Below, piece after piece: positions 39,318-48,900 of a DNA stretch of 64,000 bases. Every line of letters starts with the position of its first letter. Position 1 is the stretch's first letter. A model generated the notes under the pieces. It had not been told where the DNA came from, searched no databases, and saw nothing but the letters and a program-made list of their open reading frames with translations. Location of the stretch: positions 6,096 to 70,095 of the IMG/VR virus record IMGVR_UViG_3300028603_000038. One strand, given 5' to 3'. Made by a program: the position numbers and the translations under genes. Source of the DNA: a virus. Its lineage: Duplodnaviria; Caudoviricetes.

Positions 39318-39755
39318 ATGGCTAAAAGAAAAAAGCTTTGGAAATTCAAACTGGATAAAGATTTAACTCTGGAAAGAGAATACGATTTTCTTTCTTTCGA
39401 CAAAGTGGAATCTTTTATTTTCCCTTGGGCTACTATTGTTGTATCTAAAAATAAAATACGTGTTATCGCCCATGAAGGTTACGCTTGGGATGGGTGCACA
39501 CCTAAATTCCATTTGAAAAATATTATTGTTGGTGTTTGGGACGGCCCTATCCTTTACGCAACTAAACTACCTCAAGCTTATCTGGCGTCTTTAATACATG
39601 ACATACTTTGTCAGTATATGGGCAAACACGCAATTTCAAGAAAGCAAGCAGACCAGATATTTTATGCAATGCTGAAAGAAGTGGACTTTCTTTTCGCCCC
39701 GTTGTATTACGCAGCGGTTCGTTTTTTCGGAATGTTTTTCGCTAGAAGGAAATAA
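39318..39755 (+). CDS. DUF1353-like protein
   Basis: GYAWDGCT...ASLIHDILCQ...SRKQADQIF..ML...YYAAVRFFG. Confidence 0.7.
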   Translation: MAKRKKLWKFKLDKDLTLEREYDFLSFDKVESFIFPWATIVVSKNKIRVIAHEGYAWDGCTPKFHLKNIIVGVWDGPILYATKLPQAYLASLIHDILCQYMGKHAISRKQADQIFYAMLKEVDFLFAPLYYAAVRFFGMFFARRK

Positions 39756-39757
39756 TT

Positions 39758-40171
39758 ATGTCTGTTGGTTTTCCTGATAACGTAGAAGAAATGTTGGAAA
39801 AAATTAAGACAGCTTGGGAATTTCAAGTGCACACAGGTAAAAGAAAAAACGAACCCTTTCCTGAACACTTGTTGCCTACTGAACAATATATTATGACTTA
39901 TGGTAGATACCCTGTAGCGTATAATTGGCGCAATCTTTTAAACCAAGCAGATAGACAATACCGTGCACAATTTCCGGTTAACGCCAGACGTACCTACCAT
40001 TTTACTTTCTCTACAGGTAAGAAGGGTGTGCTTAATTATCAGGTAAACCATACCAGTTTAAATGCTGCATTAGATAGAGCTTACGAATTATTATCACAGG
40101 ATATTAATGAGTCCAAAAACCTCATTAAATGGAAAATAACCAATGCCGTCTACTTACTAGAAATCCACTAA
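39758..40171 (+). CDS. Hypothetical protein
   Basis: Coupled ORF with SD. Confidence 0.65.
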   Translation: MSVGFPDNVEEMLEKIKTAWEFQVHTGKRKNEPFPEHLLPTEQYIMTYGRYPVAYNWRNLLNQADRQYRAQFPVNARRTYHFTFSTGKKGVLNYQVNHTSLNAALDRAYELLSQDINESKNLIKWKITNAVYLLEIH

Positions 40172-40209
40172 TTTTAATTACGATATTCCTTCAAAAAGGG
40201 TTACTTAAA

Positions 40210-41463
40210 ATGGTTAAAAATAACCGAACCGTAAGAGAACTTAAAGTACTGGCAACTAAAAAATCCAGTGACGTTACTAATTACGATTTTCGTTCCTTAC
40301 AAGAAATCCAAACCTACATTAAAAACATCGGTGACGAAATCAATACCCTTTGGAATAAATGGCTTTCCAATAAAAAGGTATTGGCGACTCACTCAAAAAT
40401 TGTGACCGCTACTCGAATTATCGACTTAACTCCGGCTACCACCCAAGCCAAAAAAGTTAAATTCGTTCCGCCGGATTTGAAAAAATTGTCGGCGGCTTTT
40501 TCTATTATTGATGAAATGCAAGAGAAAGTTGAATCTCTTGACGCGGTTATTAACACCCTACAAATTCAATTCCGTGGCACAAAGGGTATTTCCCCGGCAG
40601 TTAAGACTGTAACGGATTTACGCAAAGCTACCAAAAAGAAATTGGACGACGCGTATAAAACCCTTAAAGAGATTGCGAAAAATCACCAGCCTGAATCTTT
40701 CGCAAAAATCTGTGACACTATTGTAGCGACTATCACTAAAGAATTTGAAAAGGACTATGACTCATACGATCAAGTGAGTTATATGATTCCTGACCCGCAC
40801 GATCAAAATCAGATTATTATTAATCGCTATTTGCACTTTAAAGACTTCGTTGCGGATAACGATTTTGTGCACCACAATTATTACGTGGTATTTAGCTGCG
40901 TAATTAATTTACAACGTTCCAATAAACTAATGTACGTTAACACTCTTAGTACGTTTGTAGCGCCGGGTCGTTTCCACTTGGGTGCACCTATTACAGACGC
41001 TTCCTCTGGTGTTGATGTTACTCTTAATTTATTGGCGTCAGATAATTTCAAGGCTTTGAGTGAGCGCCAAGCAATCACTCCTAGCATGTTGTCTAAATTG
41101 AATTGGAATGAAAGCCCGGTTGTAAAAGACGTAGTGGTAGAAGAATCAATTATTACTGTTGTATTTAAACCGCGTGTTACTCAAAAAGAAATGGACGACG
41201 TAGCTAATTTGGTTCGTCGTGATTTACTGACCAACCTTAGAACGATTTTCCCGAAAATGAAAATCGTAAATAAGCGCGCGTACACGTACAAAGGTTCAAG
41301 TAAAGCGATGGACTTCGCTATTACTATTCCAAGTGACCGTGATGTACGTTCTGTAAAAATTGATGCACGACGTGCCAAGATTCTTCAAGACCATTTAAAC
41401 CTTAATGATAAACAAGTAACCCAACTGTTGAAGAGTATTGCAATTACTGCTGGAGATAACTAA
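40210..41463 (+). CDS. Hypothetical protein, possibly virion-associated (start refined to ATG 40210)
   Basis: In frame with track ORF 40129; motif B upstream; KVLAT and IVTAT near the N-terminus. Confidence 0.6.
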   Translation: MVKNNRTVRELKVLATKKSSDVTNYDFRSLQEIQTYIKNIGDEINTLWNKWLSNKKVLATHSKIVTATRIIDLTPATTQAKKVKFVPPDLKKLSAAFSIIDEMQEKVESLDAVINTLQIQFRGTKGISPAVKTVTDLRKATKKKLDDAYKTLKEIAKNHQPESFAKICDTIVATITKEFEKDYDSYDQVSYMIPDPHDQNQIIINRYLHFKDFVADNDFVHHNYYVVFSCVINLQRSNKLMYVNTLSTFVAPGRFHLGAPITDASSGVDVTLNLLASDNFKALSERQAITPSMLSKLNWNESPVVKDVVVEESIITVVFKPRVTQKEMDDVANLVRRDLLTNLRTIFPKMKIVNKRAYTYKGSSKAMDFAITIPSDRDVRSVKIDARRAKILQDHLNLNDKQVTQLLKSIAITAGDN

Positions 41464-41798
41464 TGAAACCAGCAACTACACCTTGGGTTAAAAAAATTCT
41501 GGACTCATTTAGTTCATCTTTAAAATCTTCCGGATTTATTAAAGCAGGGGCTAATCAAAACGGTGCGTCTTTTATTTATGTAGGAGACACTAGAGCTGAC
41601 GCTTTGATTAAAATGCGCGAAGTTAATAAAAAACATTTAAGTGTATTTACTGTATTAAAAGAAGACCCAAGGAAGCTGGAATTTACCTACTGGCTTCCTC
41701 TACCTGTATCAGAAGAAGAATTTATTGTAGAAATGAGTTTGAAAAATCTAACTGTTTCTGTTGAATTAAAACGACAACAGAAACAAAGCCAGAGGTAA
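41463..41798 (+). CDS. Hypothetical protein
   Basis: Coupled ORF. Confidence 0.6.
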   Translation: MKPATTPWVKKILDSFSSSLKSSGFIKAGANQNGASFIYVGDTRADALIKMREVNKKHLSVFTVLKEDPRKLEFTYWLPLPVSEEEFIVEMSLKNLTVSVELKRQQKQSQR

Positions 41799-41804
41799 AC
41801 CAGC

Positions 41805-43028
41805 ATGGCGTTCATGAATAGTTTTTCTGATGTTATTGCAGGTACTACCGCAACTGCTACCTTTGAATTAATTCTGCAAAATACAAATGATAGTGCTGGT
41901 TTATCTACTACCTACGAATTACTCGACGCTGATGGTGCAGTCTACTCACAGGGTGTAGGTGGCGCAGTAACAACCGTTCAAAAAAATAATTCTTTATTAG
42001 TTCAAAGTCCTATTTCTATTTCTATCCCGTCTCAAATTCCTGCCAACGACTTTGGTACTAACTATCAGGTTAAAGTTTCTGTTTTCAGAAACGGAGAAGA
42101 AATAACTTACGTTTACTCAAATATAAAAGTCCTGTCTCCGCAAGCTACAGAAGACCTTGGTCCAAAAGACACGGTAATTTTGCAGGGACAAAAAGGTACA
42201 CTTGAATTAGTCCTTCCGTACAACCTTGTAGAAGCTGACCCTGACCCAAATAATTTAGAGATTGCTTGCCTTATTTTTAACGGAAACGATCTTTTAAATA
42301 TCCCAGCATTACCATTAACTAAAACGTTAGTTGCTGATGGTTATCGTTACGCGACTCAAATTGATTTGGCAGATTCTACTTATTCTGACGGTGGTTTAAT
42401 TCCTTCGCTAGACCCCTACACAATTGTATGGCAATACATTACACCAGACGGTGAGCATAACTCAGAGACTGCTTCGCTTTATGGAATTAACACAACTATT
42501 GCAGACGCAACAAAAGTTGTGATGCAAAAAATAAATAAAGCCCGTGCAAGTATTAAAGACTCACGTGTTGTTTTTGAAATTCCTGAGCTACTTAATTATT
42601 TGCGCAGAGGACGTGACCAGTTTAATGCGTTTGGTCAGGTAACTTCTTTTACCATGACAAACGCTAAATTTGGACAGCGTGAATATTGGTTGCAATTTTC
42701 TGAGGTAGAAGCTTTACGAACACACTATTTGTTTGAAGGCGAAACCGACTTTGATTTTTCTGGACAAGCTATTTCTTTATCCGTGCAACGTGCGCAGTAT
42801 TATGACACTCTAGCCGATAAAATTGAGGGTGTTTTAAATGAAAGAGTTCGCCCGTATAAAGACTTACTTGCAAAGCGCGGGAATATTAGTGGCGATGGTA
42901 GTGCTGACCCCAATCGTCTTGATAAGCGGGCTATTGGCAACGTCGGCATTTCTATTACTCCTGTATCTAAAATCACGTCATACAGATACTTAGGTGTTAA
43001 CTTCCTTCTTCAACGTCCATTATTCTAA
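41805..43028 (+). CDS. Putative neck/head-tail adaptor protein with N-terminal beta domains
   Basis: Beta-rich N-half and helical C-half (ELLNYLRRG...FDFSGQAISL); assignment by overall pattern only. Confidence 0.45.
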   Translation: MAFMNSFSDVIAGTTATATFELILQNTNDSAGLSTTYELLDADGAVYSQGVGGAVTTVQKNNSLLVQSPISISIPSQIPANDFGTNYQVKVSVFRNGEEITYVYSNIKVLSPQATEDLGPKDTVILQGQKGTLELVLPYNLVEADPDPNNLEIACLIFNGNDLLNIPALPLTKTLVADGYRYATQIDLADSTYSDGGLIPSLDPYTIVWQYITPDGEHNSETASLYGINTTIADATKVVMQKINKARASIKDSRVVFEIPELLNYLRRGRDQFNAFGQVTSFTMTNAKFGQREYWLQFSEVEALRTHYLFEGETDFDFSGQAISLSVQRAQYYDTLADKIEGVLNERVRPYKDLLAKRGNISGDGSADPNRLDKRAIGNVGISITPVSKITSYRYLGVNFLLQRPLF

Positions 43029-43040
43029 GTGAGGAAAAAC

Positions 43041-43460
43041 ATGACTACTACTCGGAAAGAAGTTATTCGTGAGTTAGCTATGATTGGTAAAGCTTCTGCG
43101 TATTATTACAAAATGATTAGTGGGAATACTTATTTAACAGAAGTTATTTCCACTGCTGAAAATGAGTGTGAGATTACGGTAAGTCGAATTTACTATTATC
43201 AAGAAATGCTACCAGTTCTTTCCAAACAATTTGAAAAAACAAAACAATACGCTTTAGCTCTCGCACAAGAACTCGGGGTTAAAAAACCTCATGCGGACAA
43301 AATGTTAATTAGCCCTCTTCCTTATATTCTTCGTGCGTTAATACGTTCTCCGAAGTCTAATGCCTACCAAGTAGGTTGTGATGTTATCGGTAAAATTAAA
43401 AGACCAATTTCCGAAGTTGAATCTGCTTTGTCAGTATTTAACTGGAAAAAAGCCGCCTAA
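43041..43460 (+). CDS. Hypothetical protein (start refined to ATG 43041)
   Basis: GAGG SD before ATG 43041. Confidence 0.6.
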   Translation: MTTTRKEVIRELAMIGKASAYYYKMISGNTYLTEVISTAENECEITVSRIYYYQEMLPVLSKQFEKTKQYALALAQELGVKKPHADKMLISPLPYILRALIRSPKSNAYQVGCDVIGKIKRPISEVESALSVFNWKKAA

Positions 43461-43511
43461 CCAGCTTATAGCAACTAACTAGCGTAAATCACGCAACTGA
43501 GGTATCAAACC

Positions 43512-44423
43512 ATGAGCAACAAAAAACTCAATCTGGATAAAGTACTTGCTTCTGTCCAAAATAAAGTGTCTATCGAAAATGCACACATTCATGACATCGT
43601 GCAAATCTCCGATAACCTTTATCACGTAACTGCACATTTTAATGTGTCTGAAAAATTTACGTCTTCGCAAAAACTCCGCATTGCTTTGGCTAACGCTCTT
43701 GAGCATAAAGCTGTTCCGGTACGCGGCACATTCCGTAAAATCGCCAGTAAATATCCGTTGGCTGTAGCAGGTTTTGTTAGCACTGTTCCAGAGTCAATTG
43801 AATTTACTGACGAAGTTGCTAGCAGCGGTCGTTTCGTTGCAGTGGCTTCTGCAAAATCAAATGTAATGCTGGATACGCAAGACGAACAAATGTGGGAAGT
43901 TTCTGCGCACGGTGATAAAAAATATCTCGTTCGCAATATGGAAGAAGACTTGTCGCATCTGGTAACTCTGGCGTCTAACTCGCAGCGTAAAATTCGTAGT
44001 TCGGGTTCTGACGTAATCTCTGCTGCAATTCAACTGCCGGAATTTAATTTAGGCGATGTTGTTTCTTATGTAGATCAAGAAACTGCTAGCGTTAAATTCG
44101 GTCGTATCGTTGGCACTATTACTGCTGCTTACGAAGACGAAGACGGCAACGAAGAAGAAATGGAAGACTTGGAAGTTATCGAGTTGGACGGTGACGAAAA
44201 AGAAATGGCTTCCGTTCAAGTAAGTCCGTATGCAGTAATTTGCGCAGCGGAAATTGATGAAGACGAAGACCTTGAACTTGATGAAGAGACTAAGGCAGAA
44301 ACTGCTGCACTCTCTGAAAAATCTACTGAGGAACTGAAAGCTTATTACGCTAAACTGTACGGTCAGTTTCCGAAGTACTACGCAGAAATTGAAGAAACCA
44401 TTAATGAAAATGCAGTAATGTAA
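43512..44423 (+). CDS. Putative head-associated protein with acidic C-terminus
   Basis: GAGG SD; codon bias like the capsid gene; ETA motifs and several xxAS motifs; followed by a terminator. Confidence 0.55.
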   Translation: MSNKKLNLDKVLASVQNKVSIENAHIHDIVQISDNLYHVTAHFNVSEKFTSSQKLRIALANALEHKAVPVRGTFRKIASKYPLAVAGFVSTVPESIEFTDEVASSGRFVAVASAKSNVMLDTQDEQMWEVSAHGDKKYLVRNMEEDLSHLVTLASNSQRKIRSSGSDVISAAIQLPEFNLGDVVSYVDQETASVKFGRIVGTITAAYEDEDGNEEEMEDLEVIELDGDEKEMASVQVSPYAVICAAEIDEDEDLELDEETKAETAALSEKSTEELKAYYAKLYGQFPKYYAEIEETINENAVM

Positions 44424-44430
44424 TAAAAGC

Positions 44431-44465
44431 AAACACAGGGTAGCTACGGTTACCCTGTGTTTTTT
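44431..44465 (+). terminator. Rho-independent terminator
   Basis: AAACACAGGGTA-GCTACGGT-TACCCTGTGTTTTTT. Confidence 0.85.
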
Positions 44466-44488
44466 GCTATCCGTCGAAGGTGTTTCCC

Positions 44489-45166
44489 ATGACTAAAGAA
44501 AAAAGCAGCAAAAAGAAAAAGTCTAAAACTAAGACTATTGATTTAACCCCACATCATTCAGAAAAGAAAAGAAAAAAGAAACGTAAAGAACACCGGGAAC
44601 GCACTTCTGAAACTGGTTTACAACCACGTCTTAAACGCAAGATGGGGAAGAAAGTAAAAGAAGTAAAAGAAAAATTAGATAAAGGGGAGTCATTGATTTC
44701 TGCATTTAAGAATAAAGAAATCATGGCCCTGTTGGATACTGATAAAAATGATAGTGCTATATCGTTAACTCGCAAACAAATGTTGCGCACTATTATTGAC
44801 CTTATTCCTATGGCGGAAGAAAGCTACCGCAAGTTTCCCAGTGACCGTAATGTTTACGCGTTAAACAATTTAATGTCACAAGCCAGAGAAATTATTGCTG
44901 AATTACAATCGGATACTGACCGGGATTTGGTGCTGCATAGATTAACGTCAAACGTTATTTCTCCGCAAGCTAGCCTGTTAGCTAACTATTTAATCGAAGC
45001 TAATTTCTCTCTTAAAAACAGATTGAAATCTTACGTTACTGGTAAATCCGAAGAACGTGCTGTCGGTAAACTTATTGACGACATGACTAAGGAAATTGGC
45101 TCTGCATTAAAAGAGAGTTTGGAACATATCTCTAAAGGTGTAGCGGTTGTTTTAAATGAAAACTAA
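44489..45166 (+). CDS. Hypothetical basic/helical protein (terminase small subunit is possible but unproven)
   Basis: K/R-rich N-terminus and helical body; adjacent to an HNH gene; GAAGGT SD before ATG 44489. Confidence 0.45.
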   Translation: MTKEKSSKKKKSKTKTIDLTPHHSEKKRKKKRKEHRERTSETGLQPRLKRKMGKKVKEVKEKLDKGESLISAFKNKEIMALLDTDKNDSAISLTRKQMLRTIIDLIPMAEESYRKFPSDRNVYALNNLMSQAREIIAELQSDTDRDLVLHRLTSNVISPQASLLANYLIEANFSLKNRLKSYVTGKSEERAVGKLIDDMTKEIGSALKESLEHISKGVAVVLNEN

Positions 45167-45500
45167 AAATGTTTTTCGTAATCCATCTACGAAGAAAAAA
45201 GGCAAGTCTCTATCTGTAAAGTACCAACCTAGTAGGTACACAGTTAAAAAAGGTATTTCTAGAATTAAGACTACTGATTATTTTGATGCAGATTGGTTTA
45301 GCCTATCTGAAAAAGTCAAAAAACAATTCAATTATAAATGCGCTTACTGCTCAAGTAGAAACATTGAAGTCCATCATATTATTCCGTTGTCGCGGGGTGG
45401 TACTAATTCTAGAAAAAACCTGATATGTCTTTGTGATAAGCATCATGACTCAAGACATAAACACTTACCAAAACAGAGAAAGAAAAGGAAATTAAAATGA
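45156..45500 (+). CDS. HNH endonuclease
   Basis: CAYC...EVHHIIPLSRGGTN..KNLICLC..HH. Confidence 0.92.
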   Translation: MKTKNVFRNPSTKKKGKSLSVKYQPSRYTVKKGISRIKTTDYFDADWFSLSEKVKKQFNYKCAYCSSRNIEVHHIIPLSRGGTNSRKNLICLCDKHHDSRHKHLPKQRKKRKLK

Positions 45501-45940
45501 GCAAAGAAATTTCCCGTAGAGGTCAACCGCCTCGCACACCTGTTCAACTCGTTACCGCTGCCGCGTTAAACGACATGACTTATGAAGACTTGGTTGTATA
45601 CGCCAAACGGTTGCAAACTAAATACGCTAATCTACAAGCCTACACTACTGAACTGCTTATTCGTGACGTTAATAAAAGAGAATCAGATGTAAAAGAGGAA
45701 ATCGCACAACTTAAACTGGTGCGTAATTCCACTCAAAAAATACAGTATCTTCAAGAAAAGTTTACCCCTTATTATTTTTTACGTGAACCAGATACACATT
45801 TCAAAATTGAATTGTGCAAGGCAATCATTGAATTCATGAGCGTAGAAGTACCTGAATGGACTTCCTCTTTAATCGAAGGTATTGCTAATAGCGATCCAAA
45901 ATTCTATGAGTACACCGCCAACCCTATTGACAGCTATTAA
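45497..45940 (+). CDS. Hypothetical coiled-coil protein
   Basis: Coupled ORF. Confidence 0.65.
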   Translation: MSKEISRRGQPPRTPVQLVTAAALNDMTYEDLVVYAKRLQTKYANLQAYTTELLIRDVNKRESDVKEEIAQLKLVRNSTQKIQYLQEKFTPYYFLREPDTHFKIELCKAIIEFMSVEVPEWTSSLIEGIANSDPKFYEYTANPIDSY

Positions 45941-45951
45941 GAGAGACAACC

Positions 45952-48900
45952 ATGTTTGACTTGCTCCCATTCAAAAAGAAAGCGGTTCATAACTTAGTTA
46001 GTGCTTCTTACAATTCAGATTTATACCCGAAGTTTAACGTAAGGTACGAAGCTAAAGGTTCTCAAACGTTCAAAGGGGAAATGCCGCAAAAAGCACCGGG
46101 CACTTTTCTTGATTTATTCTCCCCGGATATTAATGAAAAGGCGGTTAAAGCTAGTTATCTAGATACAATGGACGCTCGTAAAAATTGGAGTGCTGGTAAT
46201 GTTTCCAATTTTTACACCTTTGCTGCTTTGCTTGACGCTTATATTCAACGCCTGAACCAGCAGATGCAAAACCTTGGTATGAAAACCTCGGTTAATAAAG
46301 TTACGTCAGGTGTAATAGCTGACTATATTGCTAACGCTTCTACGGCGTTAACTAAAAAAATTAAAGTGCGTCGTGGTGCAAATGGTTTTAGTATTGCACT
46401 CCCATTAGCTACGTTTAAAATGTCGCAGCTTTTGTACTGGTATTTCAGCGGTACTCAAGACGTTACTGATGACAAATATGTAAAGGTGGACGACCGTGCT
46501 CAAGAAGTAATCGGCGCGGATAGAGATTTTATTCTTAATTTCCTGCGCGTATTGAACGGCGCTGAAATTGTTCTTCCTGTTGACCTTGCAGTAAAAGGTG
46601 CAAAAAAATTACAACCAAAAACTATTAATCGTTTACCTATCTCTCCTGTATTTAGTAAGTCTGCTTCTTTTGTTAACGAATATTTTAACGGGTATTTGGT
46701 TTCACTTGAAAAAGACTCCGAAGCATTTAACCCCAATGGTGCTATTAAGAAGTGGTTTGATGACTTCCTTGAAAACAGTGTAGAAATTTATGGCTTCGTA
46801 ACTCTTCCGTTCGATGAAGCTGAATACTATATTCAAGACAAAAAAGAAAATATCAAAGACGTTGATATTCTGCGCTTCTTTATTAACTGGTATTCTCGTC
46901 AGAAAACCAAGCGTAAATACCCCACGTATTCTTACAAGTATGACAAGCTGAAAGAACTCAGTGTCGGTTACCCGGAAAAGAACCGCACCAACGAATCTGG
47001 TTTGATGGTTACCCCGGATAACAAAATCAACTGGGTTCCGCGCCAGAGCTACTTTAATGACGCTTATTTCTCTGATTTTGAGCAAGCGGTTACTAATGAT
47101 CGTGGCTCTTTATCTTTGGATTTCACAGAAGGTAAAAATGTACCTAAAAACCAATTAATTTACGTTGACTGGATTAACGAAAAACTTTCGTATTCTGATT
47201 CTAATGCTGTTATTAACATTATGAATCTGGATACTACTTACAATGTTATCCCTAAATCGTATGTAGATATTTTTACGTCTACTACCATGGGTGACATTAT
47301 TGAAACGGTAAACAGTATAAGTCGTGCGATGCTTGCTCTTCATAATGCAGGAACTCAAGTACCTATCTTGAACTCCAATAATTTATTGGCTGCTGTTGAA
47401 GCGGACTTGAGTTTTGACCAATACGCGTTACGCGCTATCATGAATAAGTACAAAGGTAATAATCCTTTGACTATTTTTGTGGTGCGTTACTTGAATTTTG
47501 CTTTGCACTATGAACAAATGCACGCTGACTCTGTTGATGAAATGCCAGAATGGATTCAGCGGAAATTTAGTTTGTTCAACATGATTGTTTACGGTCCCCA
47601 AAAATTCCGTGAAGTATTTGTTAAAGTTATAGACGCTGCTGAAAAAGCATTTGCTGACGATACAAATATCATTAACGCAATTAATACCCCGTCTTTAGGT
47701 GTACGTGGCCTTATTTCAGATTTTGGCGTTTTAAAAGTGCTTACTGAGATTATGAAGTTCCCTCAGATTCTTCAAGCACACAATGCTACTACTGCTAAGA
47801 ACATGAATATTAATGACTCTGAAATTGATTTTTCCAAGCCCCTTGAAGTTAAGAATCTGGAAAATCTTGAAGCCTTGATGTACCACCAGCACAAAACTGG
47901 TACAAAGTTAGCTACTAATCCAGAGTTTGCAATTATTCGTGCAAGTGCAGGTGGTGGTAAAACTCTTACTGCAATCATGGATATTGTGGACATGTTATCT
48001 AAAGGTCTGGTTAAACGTCCTTTAGTACTGTGTCCTAATAACCTGATTAAAGATTATGTAAAAGAAGCTAACTATTTTTCACGTGGTAAACTTAACGTTA
48101 TCCCTATTGATAGTAGTGTATTTAAGCAGTACTGCGAAGTTCCTGCTGATGTAGAAAATAACATACCGCTGACTTACGAATATTCTGCTTTGAAGAATTT
48201 GATTGTTAACGCTCCTATAAATACTATTGTAGTTATTGGTTATGACGTTATCTCTCAAAGTACTTCAAACCATTATGACCAAATGTACGGTGTGCGTAGC
48301 TTTGACGCATATTCTCATTTGGATATGTTGGTTGAATGTAAGTTTGATGGTGTGTGGGCTGACGAATCTCATTACCTGAAAGGTAATCCGACTCAGAGCT
48401 ATGACTCCGTTCGTTTGTACATTAACCGCAAACTTATCTCACATATTAAATACCGCCGCTTGTTGACTGGTACACTCGCATCTAACAACGCGCTTGACTT
48501 TATTAAACAGTTGGAACTTTTCAACCCGTCAATTCTCGGTACTTATGAATCCTTTAAAGCTAAGTATTCTGACCCTGAATTTAAAGGTGGGTTCCAACCG
48601 CGTCTTGATGAACACATGGACGCCCTTGCAGAAATCCGAAAAGTTATTTCGGAAAACTGCATGTTTATTAACGTAGAAAGAAAAGAATGGGCTGCTTTCT
48701 TACCTAAGATGCATGAACAATTTATTGTTGGTACGATGACACCTAACCAGCAAAAAGTTTACTCTATTCTTATTAAGAAAGCAGTTGAAGATATTGAAGA
48801 ACAAATGAAAGCTGACGGTGTTTCTTTGCCGGAAGACAGTGAAGAAGACGAAGAAGCACTGGATAATCTGTTTGAGGCTTACTCAGGAAATCTTTGGGCA

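Noticed and set aside
44489-45500. Firm terminase small subunit plus packaging HNH assignment
   Set aside because: No large terminase or portal in the window and no diagnostic motif; left as hypothetical plus generic HNH.
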